Part shown: piece by piece, positions 57,951 to 64,000 of the stretch
Layout: the number at the start of each line of letters is the position of its first letter
How positions within the stretch are numbered: position 1 is the stretch's first letter
Assembly (NCBI GenBank): GCA_002796345.1
Contig: PCXC01000037.1
Span: 58,276-122,275 of the forward strand
Direction: 5' to 3'
Length of the DNA: 64,000 bases
From: Deltaproteobacteria bacterium CG11_big_fil_rev_8_21_14_0_20_42_23
Lineage (GTDB): Bacteria > UBA10199 > 2-02-FULL-44-16
Notes under the pieces: generated by a model
Told to the model about the DNA's origin: nothing
Databases searched by the model: none
Seen by the model: the letters and a program-made list of their open reading frames with translations, nothing else
Program-made: the position numbers and the translations under genes

Positions 57951-59945
57951 TTATAACAGTGAACCAAAACTTAACTTCAACTGCTGCCCTTCTGAAATAA
58001 TAGCTCCGGATTTTGGATATTGAGAGATCACCAAACCACTTCCTTCAACTTCCAATTTTATATCGCTGTCTTTCAACGTGTCCAACACTCCACGCATGGT
58101 AAGCCCTTGTAAACTGGGCACTTCCCATTTTCCTTCTTGCACCTTTTTCATTTTGGCATGAGCATACGAAGACTGCGGAACCGGCTTTTTGTTGGAAAGC
58201 GCATCTGCCGTAATTACCGGCAAATCATCGTCAAGCTCTGAAGGAACTTTCAAATAGCGAAGTGAAGCTTCTACAATATTTTTGAAAACGGGCCCAGCTA
58301 CTTGACCACCGTAATATTCACCAGCGCCGGGCTCATCGATGCCCACGTAAACCACTATCTTCGGATCATCGGCAGGAGCAAAGCCGATAAATGAAGAAAA
58401 ATATTTTCCCGTCGCGTACCCACCCGTGTGTGGGTCTGCTTTTTGAGCGGTGCCCGTTTTTCCTGCAACAGGATATTCTTGACTTGCGGCCAAGACACCG
58501 GTGCCTTCGGCAAGGGTGACGCTTTTCAGCATTTCCGTCACCAACTGAGCTGTCTTAGGTTGAATGGGACGTGAAACCACTTCCCGCTTCGCCTCATACA
58601 CCAGCTCACCCTCTTCGGAGATAATGCGCTTCACCACATTTGGCTTGAGAAGTTCACCGCCATTTGCAACCGCAGCAAATGCCATTGCCATCTGAAGTGG
58701 GGTTGTACTCACCCCCTGACCAAATGCAACAGTAACGTGCTTTATCTCGGGCCAGCTTTTGTAACTTGCTAAAATACCCACTGATTCCGCTGGCAAACCA
58801 ACTCCAGACTGCCTTCCAAACCCCCATGCCTGGAAGACAGTATAGAGCTCATCTGGAGAAAATTTTTTGCCTACTTTTGCGGCTCCAATATTGCTGGAAA
58901 AACGCAAAATATCGAAGACACTCAAGTTGCCATACGCATGAGTGTCCCGCACCACCCTTTTGCCAACTGCCATTCGTCCATTTTCGCAGTCGAACACAGA
59001 ACGAGAAGTGACCAAATTTCGCTCAAGTGCCGAAGCAATCACCATCACCTTCATCGTGGAGCCGGGTTCATAGGCATCGGTGATAGCACGATTTTTCCAA
59101 AACTCTGGCTTGTAGTGACGGTATTCATTGGGATCGAAAGAGGGATTGTTGGCCATGGCTAGCAAGTCACCTGTATGAGGATCAAGCACAAGTGCAATAC
59201 CACCTTTTGCCTTTTGCTTTTCTACCATCTGCGAAAGTTCTTTTTCGGCAATGTACTGCAAGGTCTTGTCAATAGTGAGTCGCAGCTCACTGACACCAGA
59301 AGTAGTATCCATGACATCAGAAGAAAAATAGAGCTGACCTCGGGCATCGCGACGATATGAGTTGGAAGTGGAAGAAGAAGTGAGATAGTCGTTGTACTGC
59401 AATTCAACTCCACCCAAAGCCTGCGCATCCAAGCCAACGGCTCCAAGCAAAGTTGAAGCAAGTTTTTGATTTGGATATTGCCGCTTGCTTTCCTCCAGCT
59501 CACCAAGACCCGCAATATGAAGAGCGCGCACTTCTTTGGCAACAGCTGGATCGACAAGGCGCTTCACCCACACAAATTTTCGTTTTGAACGGAAGCGATC
59601 GTAAAGTTTTTCTTCACTTACTCCCAGCAAGCGAGAAAGTTTTTGTGCAGCTTCAAGTGGTTTTTCAATTTTACGAGGATCGGCATAAAAAGATTTGGCC
59701 TGCACATTCACCGCAAGTTCACGTCCAGTAACATCTAAGATCTTTCCTCTTTTGGTGCTTTCCTTTACCAAGGTTTGATATTGCCGCATAGCGACTTTTT
59801 CCAACTTAGCATTGTCTTTCAAATGGAATAAAATAGCGCGACACATTACCGCACCATAAGCACACACCAAAAAAGACCCAATGCACAAAATGCGCAAAGC
59901 CTGTCGGCGCTTACTTTCATCTCCATTTGATTGAAACCGCGGCAT
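57951..59945 (-). CDS. ftsI: peptidoglycan D,D-transpeptidase FtsI (PBP3), with C-terminal PASTA-like domain
   Basis: Transpeptidase motifs STMK (EPGSTMKV), SSN, KTGT. C-terminal ~60 aa domain resembles PASTA. Confidence 0.9.
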   Translation of the reverse strand: MPRFQSNGDESKRRQALRILCIGSFLVCAYGAVMCRAILFHLKDNAKLEKVAMRQYQTLVKESTKRGKILDVTGRELAVNVQAKSFYADPRKIEKPLEAAQKLSRLLGVSEEKLYDRFRSKRKFVWVKRLVDPAVAKEVRALHIAGLGELEESKRQYPNQKLASTLLGAVGLDAQALGGVELQYNDYLTSSSTSNSYRRDARGQLYFSSDVMDTTSGVSELRLTIDKTLQYIAEKELSQMVEKQKAKGGIALVLDPHTGDLLAMANNPSFDPNEYRHYKPEFWKNRAITDAYEPGSTMKVMVIASALERNLVTSRSVFDCENGRMAVGKRVVRDTHAYGNLSVFDILRFSSNIGAAKVGKKFSPDELYTVFQAWGFGRQSGVGLPAESVGILASYKSWPEIKHVTVAFGQGVSTTPLQMAMAFAAVANGGELLKPNVVKRIISEEGELVYEAKREVVSRPIQPKTAQLVTEMLKSVTLAEGTGVLAASQEYPVAGKTGTAQKADPHTGGYATGKYFSSFIGFAPADDPKIVVYVGIDEPGAGEYYGGQVAGPVFKNIVEASLRYLKVPSELDDDLPVITADALSNKKPVPQSSYAHAKMKKVQEGKWEVPSLQGLTMRGVLDTLKDSDIKLEVEGSGLVISQYPKSGAIISEGQQLKLSFGSLL

Positions 59946-59965
59946 GCTTTTCCTTTGTTAATCTC

Positions 59966-60040
59966 TGTTGTCATCCTGAACGTAGTGAAGGATCTCCTCG
60001 CAAATACAGTAGATTCTTCGCTTTGCTCAGAATGACAAGA
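59966..60040. repeat. palindromic repeat element R5 (short copy) between ftsL and ftsI inside the dcw cluster
   Basis: ttgtcatcctgaacgtagtgaaggatctcctcg...cttcgctttgctcagaatgacaag. Same GTCATCCTGA / GAAGGATCTCCTC modules as R1, R3 and R4. Confidence 0.6.
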
Positions 60041-60059
60041 AGCTAATTATCCACTCACT

Positions 60060-60407
60060 CTAGTCAACTTTAACAAATTCGATCGCACTTCCTTTGGGAA
60101 GCGCCATTGAAAAATACTTCGAAGCAATTTTTTCAAGACGAGCTGGCGCTTTTAGTTGCGCCACTTTTACTTCCAAGTGTGAGCGTTTTTTTTCGAGCTT
60201 CTCTATATTATAGTGAATTTTGCTTACTTCGTATCCAAGCGTCACCACTTCAATGCGAATCCAGACAAAGACGATGGCAAAAACAGCAAGCGTCACCACA
60301 ATCACCGAAACTTTTCTGATGTGGCGATTACGCATGGCAACCGATTTGGAAGAAATGTGCTGCTGCTTCACAGCACTAGAGACAACAGATGGGCTTAGAA
60401 TTTTCAT
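60060..60407 (-). CDS. ftsL: cell division protein FtsL
   Basis: 115 aa, single TM, coiled-coil (YNIEKLEKKRSHLEVKVAQL). Between rsmH and ftsI. Confidence 0.75.
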   Translation of the reverse strand: MKILSPSVVSSAVKQQHISSKSVAMRNRHIRKVSVIVVTLAVFAIVFVWIRIEVVTLGYEVSKIHYNIEKLEKKRSHLEVKVAQLKAPARLEKIASKYFSMALPKGSAIEFVKVD

Positions 60408-61294
60408 CAGCTCTTCCTTTCTAACACACGCAACTTTGCGCTTCGCGCTCTTGGATTTGCTGCAATTTCTTCGTCACAAGGAATGAGGACTCTTCGCAAA
60501 GGAAGAGAGTATTCGCCCTCTTTTTCTAAGTCACGAAAAGCTCGCTTCACCAACCTGTCTTCTAAAGAATGATAACTGAGCACTACAAAACGTCCTCCAG
60601 CGGAAAGATAGGCCGGCGCCGTCTTTAAGAGATGCTCCAACTGATCAAGTTCTCCATTAATGTAAATGCGAATAGCTTGAAACACTCTGGTTGCAGGATG
60701 AATTTTGTTTTTTCTTCTCCACGAAGCAGGAAAAACACTTTCGATACATTCAGCCAAAGCGCGAGTAGTCAAAAAGGGTGAAACCTCTCTTTGCTCACAG
60801 ATTTTTTTTGCAATTTTTCGGGAGAAGCGTTCTTCACCGTAGTGAAAAAAGACATCAGCCATTTCTTCTTCGTCTACGCTGTTGATCCAATCTGCTGCAC
60901 TCATTTCAGATGACTGATCCATCCGCATATCAAGAGGCGCATCGTTTCTAAAACTGAAGCCTCGCTCCGCTTCATCAAGCTGAAAACTGGAAACTCCAAG
61001 ATCTGCAAAAATGCCTTCAACTTTTTTCCATGAAATACTCTCAAGGGCTTTTTCGAGGTCCAAAAAACTACCGTGAAAAAAATGCGCGCGCGAAGCAAAT
61101 GCGCTGAGCACTTTTTGTGAACGAAGAATGGCGGGCCTGTCTCTATCAATCCCAAGCAATTCGCTTGAAGCCGAAGTTTCAAGAAGAGCATGTGCATGAC
61201 CAGCGCCACCTAATGTCATATCAACAAACCTCCCACCTCGTTTTGCGTTTAGGAATTCCAAGACTTCTTGCATTAAAACTGGAACGTGACTCAT
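60407..61294 (-). CDS. rsmH: 16S rRNA (cytosine1402-N4)-methyltransferase RsmH (MraW)
   Basis: MSHVPVLMQEVLEFL N-terminus. SAM-binding DMTLGGAGH. Confidence 0.95.
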   Translation of the reverse strand: MSHVPVLMQEVLEFLNAKRGGRFVDMTLGGAGHAHALLETSASSELLGIDRDRPAILRSQKVLSAFASRAHFFHGSFLDLEKALESISWKKVEGIFADLGVSSFQLDEAERGFSFRNDAPLDMRMDQSSEMSAADWINSVDEEEMADVFFHYGEERFSRKIAKKICEQREVSPFLTTRALAECIESVFPASWRRKNKIHPATRVFQAIRIYINGELDQLEHLLKTAPAYLSAGGRFVVLSYHSLEDRLVKRAFRDLEKEGEYSLPLRRVLIPCDEEIAANPRARSAKLRVLERKS

Positions 61295-61333
61295 AACCTA
61301 CTTTCAAATCTTCATCGTAAACAGCGATCCATT

Positions 61334-61774
61334 TTACAGACCAAGGTCTGCCAATTTTAACCCCAATCCTTCGAGAGTATTTTGTGCTTTGTGGAAAACT
61401 TCTTCCCATTTTTCGGCCGACCATAATTCGATGCGCTTGGTCATCCCCACGATGACCAGCTCTTTTTCGATGCCAGCATATTGTCGTAATTCTGGTGGGA
61501 GTAAAATTCTACCCGACTTATCAAGTGGACATTCAACGGCTGCTGAAATGAAAACTCGCTGCAATGCTTTCACCTCTTCAAGAAATTGTGGGAGGGCTGA
61601 AACTTTTTGTTCCAAGGCTTGCCATTCCGAAACGGGGTAGCCCCAAAGGCATCCATCGAAGTTGGTCACAATGAGCCGTTCGTCATAATTGGTGTTCAAG
61701 ATCTCCCGAAATTTGGAAGGAATTGAAAGGCGACCTTTTTCATCAATTGTGTGTCGAAAACGTCCTCGGAACAT
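61334..61774 (-). CDS. mraZ: transcriptional regulator MraZ
   Basis: MFRGRFRHTIDEKGRLSIPSKFRE. Duplicated MraZ fold. 146 aa. Confidence 0.95.
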   Translation of the reverse strand: MFRGRFRHTIDEKGRLSIPSKFREILNTNYDERLIVTNFDGCLWGYPVSEWQALEQKVSALPQFLEEVKALQRVFISAAVECPLDKSGRILLPPELRQYAGIEKELVIVGMTKRIELWSAEKWEEVFHKAQNTLEGLGLKLADLGL

Positions 61775-61787
61775 AATTTTTCTCGTT

Positions 61788-61816
61788 TCCCTTCTATTTC
61801 TCCCACTTTATCCCAC
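61788..61816 (-). promoter_or_regulatory. candidate MraZ operator: GTGGGA direct repeats at 10-bp spacing upstream of mraZ
   Basis: - strand: GTGGGAtaaaGTGGGAgaaataGAAGGGA, 14-42 nt upstream of the mraZ ATG. MraZ in E. coli binds GTGGG direct repeats with ~10-bp periodicity. Confidence 0.3.
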
Positions 61817-62117
61817 CTTCCTCCAAAGTACGTTAATAGATAGCCTCCCGTCAAGAACTATCATTCCCTAATACCTTGAAATATCGAAGTTTTTTCGAAA
61901 CTTCCGTGTTTCGAACAGTTTTTAAAAGACATTTAAAATTAAGGGGTTACCCAAAAGAGCGAAAGTAAATGCTTGATATCTTTCCTAAACACCTGATAAA
62001 AAAGTCTTTGTCGAAACGCTTTAGAAACAACACACACAATGAACAGCAAACCCTTTTCCAACAAGCGTTTGCTGCCAACCAACAAACAAATTTCAACTTA
62101 AGGGGAGAAAACCGCAC

Positions 62118-62975
62118 ATGAAACACTGCAAGCTAAGTGTACTCGAAACAGGAACTTTTGCTCTGGATGGCGGCGCCATGTTTGGCGTTGTTCCCAAAGT
62201 TTTGTGGCAAAACCTCCTGCCACTTGATGATATAAATAGAGTAACACTTCACTTACGATGTCTGCTGGTTCAAGTTGATGGGAAGAACATTTTGATCGAC
62301 ACTGGCATTGGCAGCAAGAGTTCCGAAAAATTTTCCCACATGTTTCACATCGATCATTCTCAACACTCACTTCGCACTTCACTGGCCAAACATCAGCTCA
62401 CAGAAGATGATATCACGCATGTCATCCTCACCCATTTGCACTTCGATCATGCTGGTGGAGCTACGAAAAAAAACAAGAGCGGTGAAATTGTACCCACATT
62501 TAAAAACGCAAAATATTACGTTCAGAAAAAAAATTATGACTGGGCAACTCATCCCAAAGAGAAAGACAAGGCAAGTTATCTTGGTGAAAATTTCCTCTCG
62601 CTTCAAGCACACAATCAACTTCATTTTCTGGAAGGCGAGCAAGAGCTTTTTGAAGGAATTCGCTTGAAATGTTTTCATGGTCATACTGCTGGCCAACAAC
62701 TTCCACTCATTACTCTGGGCCAGCAATCTTACTTCTTTTGCGCAGATTTAATTCCCACAAGCGCACACATTTCTTTGCCTTGGATTATGGCTTACGACAA
62801 CGAACCGCTCAAAACCCTGGAAGAAAAGAGAACACTGCTAGCAGAAGCCGTTCAAAATAAGTGGATTTTGATTTTTGAACATTGCCCGCTTCTTCAAGCT
62901 GCACGCGTTGAACACACCGAAAAGGGATTTGCGCTCACTGAAAAAATGGCAAAACTAGACACGCAGGAAGTTTAA
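62118..62975 (+). CDS. MBL-fold metallo-hydrolase
   Basis: HLHFDHAGG motif (HxHxDH). 285 aa. Confidence 0.8.
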   Translation: MKHCKLSVLETGTFALDGGAMFGVVPKVLWQNLLPLDDINRVTLHLRCLLVQVDGKNILIDTGIGSKSSEKFSHMFHIDHSQHSLRTSLAKHQLTEDDITHVILTHLHFDHAGGATKKNKSGEIVPTFKNAKYYVQKKNYDWATHPKEKDKASYLGENFLSLQAHNQLHFLEGEQELFEGIRLKCFHGHTAGQQLPLITLGQQSYFFCADLIPTSAHISLPWIMAYDNEPLKTLEEKRTLLAEAVQNKWILIFEHCPLLQAARVEHTEKGFALTEKMAKLDTQEV

Positions 62976-63748
62976 GAAGAATGGCTTAGCTTCCAAAATA
63001 TTCTGGCTGAAAAAAGAACCAGAAGCGATGCAAGCGCCATAATAAAAAGGTCTTCCGAAGAAGTGAAGCCCAAGACTGGAAAGTGAATTTGCCGCGCGTG
63101 AAAAGTGAGCGTAAACGCATTATTCAGCACATGCGCGAAGATGGGATAGACAAGGTTGTTGCTGCTTCCCATCAAAAACGAAAACATCACTCCCAACAGA
63201 AGATACAGATGAAAGTACCAAGGATTTTGATGGAGCAAGGCAAAAATAAATGCCGCTATCAAAATGCCGCGTCTTAATCCATAACGGGCTTGAAGTGACA
63301 CTTGGCAATATCCACGCACCAAGATTTCCTCACAAAAACCAGGCAAGAGCGAAAGAATCAAAAGCTTCAGCACAAAATCTGTTTGAGAGTGAATGGTGAG
63401 TGCAGTTTCCATCGCTTGTCTTGCCAAATTTTCCGCCGGCAAAAATAAATCGGTGAACGAAGTGAGATACTCCATCAAAATATCGGCTGAAAAAGTGAAG
63501 AGAAGCGTTAACAGCAAAAGCTTGATCTGCGGCCTTTTGAAGGGAAAGAGAAAAGCGAAGTCAAATTTTTTCCAAGCCGAAATCAACAAAGGAAACAAAA
63601 GCACCACTCCCACTTCATTCAGCAAAACACCCCACAAAAAAGAATGCTTATGAACGAAAAATGAAATGGGATACTGCAACAAACTCACACCCACGATAGT
63701 GAGCCAGATAAGATTTCTACTGGGGAAACGTTTGGAGGGAAAAAACAT
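62972..63748 (-). CDS. CPBP-family (CAAX/Abi) intramembrane metalloprotease
   Basis: EEILVRGY (EExxxR), FALLH (FxxxH) and HVLNN (HxxxN) motifs. Multi-TM. Confidence 0.8.
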   Translation of the reverse strand: MFFPSKRFPSRNLIWLTIVGVSLLQYPISFFVHKHSFLWGVLLNEVGVVLLFPLLISAWKKFDFAFLFPFKRPQIKLLLLTLLFTFSADILMEYLTSFTDLFLPAENLARQAMETALTIHSQTDFVLKLLILSLLPGFCEEILVRGYCQVSLQARYGLRRGILIAAFIFALLHQNPWYFHLYLLLGVMFSFLMGSSNNLVYPIFAHVLNNAFTLTFHARQIHFPVLGFTSSEDLFIMALASLLVLFSARIFWKLSHSS

Positions 63749-63759
63749 CTTGAGCCGCC

Positions 63760-64000
63760 TTATCCATGACGTCTACTTTTTTGAAGCATAAAAATACCAA
63801 GCACAATTAAGGCCGAAGAAGCAAAAATAGCCAGAACATCAATCCACACTCCAGCGCCGCCAACAGGAAAACCCAAACCATATTGCTGCACGATCAGCAC
63901 AAAAGTATTATTGATCATGTGGCACAAAATGGGCGTACGAAGTGTTCGTGTTTTGGCCGAAATCCAAGAAAGCGTTAGCCCCAAAATGAAGTAGAGATGC
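63760..64000 (-). CDS. second CPBP-family protease, C-terminal part only (gene continues past window end)
   Basis: HMINNTF (HxxxN) motif and terminal TM helix. Tandem paralog of the preceding gene. Confidence 0.5.
   Translation of the reverse strand, partial: HLYFILGLTLSWISAKTRTLRTPILCHMINNTFVLIVQQYGLGFPVGGAGVWIDVLAIFASSALIVLGIFMLQKSRRHG

Noticed and set aside
1-64000. tRNA, rRNA, CRISPR, transposase or integrase genes
   Set aside because: Scanned both strands for T-loop GGTTCGAATCC-like motifs, rRNA-like conserved blocks, short direct repeats with spacers, and transposase/integrase-like ORFs. None found. Mobility signals are limited to the small non-coding repeat family.

Overview
This 64 kb window is a chromosomal segment from a Gram-negative-type bacterium of mid/low GC content. 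The phylum cannot be assigned from sequence alone. It is mostly core, syntenic housekeeping DNA, broken up by a small-element repeat family and one giant surface protein. No tRNA, rRNA, CRISPR array, transposase or integrase was seen.

Gene content, from start to end:
- The window starts inside a Hanks-type Ser/Thr kinase gene (- strand) whose N-terminal 79 residues are within the window.
- A secreted hypothetical protein and a small Cys/Met-rich membrane protein follow.
- A pabA-pabB-pabC operon (- strand) lies divergent from an uncharacterised HExxH zinc-peptidase-like gene.
- tatA-tatB-tatC and a DAACS (GltP-type) symporter follow on the + strand.
- A 2,343-aa secreted LamG / Calx-beta-repeat / FG-GAP surface protein (- strand) carries a C-terminal sorting-signal-like tail.
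- A respiratory supercluster follows: Alternative Complex III actABCDEF (- strand) divergent from sco, coxB (caa3-type), coxA, coxC, a subunit-IV::cytochrome-c fusion, ctaA and ctaB (+ strand).
- Next come an orphan hypothetical, an NSS/SNF sodium symporter and two DUF21-CBS (CorC/CNNM) proteins.
- A CIRCE-controlled hrcA-grpE unit is tightly coupled to an LpoA-like lipoprotein.
- An AAA+ (DUF4143) ATPase is bracketed by a 24-bp direct-repeat motif.
- mltD (multi-LysM lytic transglycosylase) precedes a complete dcw cluster on the - strand: mraZ-rsmH-ftsL-ftsI-murE-murF-mraY-murD-ftsW-murG-murC-murB-ddl-ftsQ-ftsA-ftsZ.
- The window ends with an MBL-fold hydrolase and two tandem CPBP (CAAX) proteases.

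The most unusual feature is a family of nested palindromic intergenic repeat elements, with six copies and one mini-copy. Terminal motifs are GTCATCC...GGATGAC, with inner arms AAGGATCTCCTC / GAGGAGATCCTTC and GGGATCCAG / CTGGATCCCC modules. Copies sit at operon boundaries and even inside conserved operons: the cox/cta operon, and between ftsL and ftsI. Two copies bracket the giant adhesin gene.
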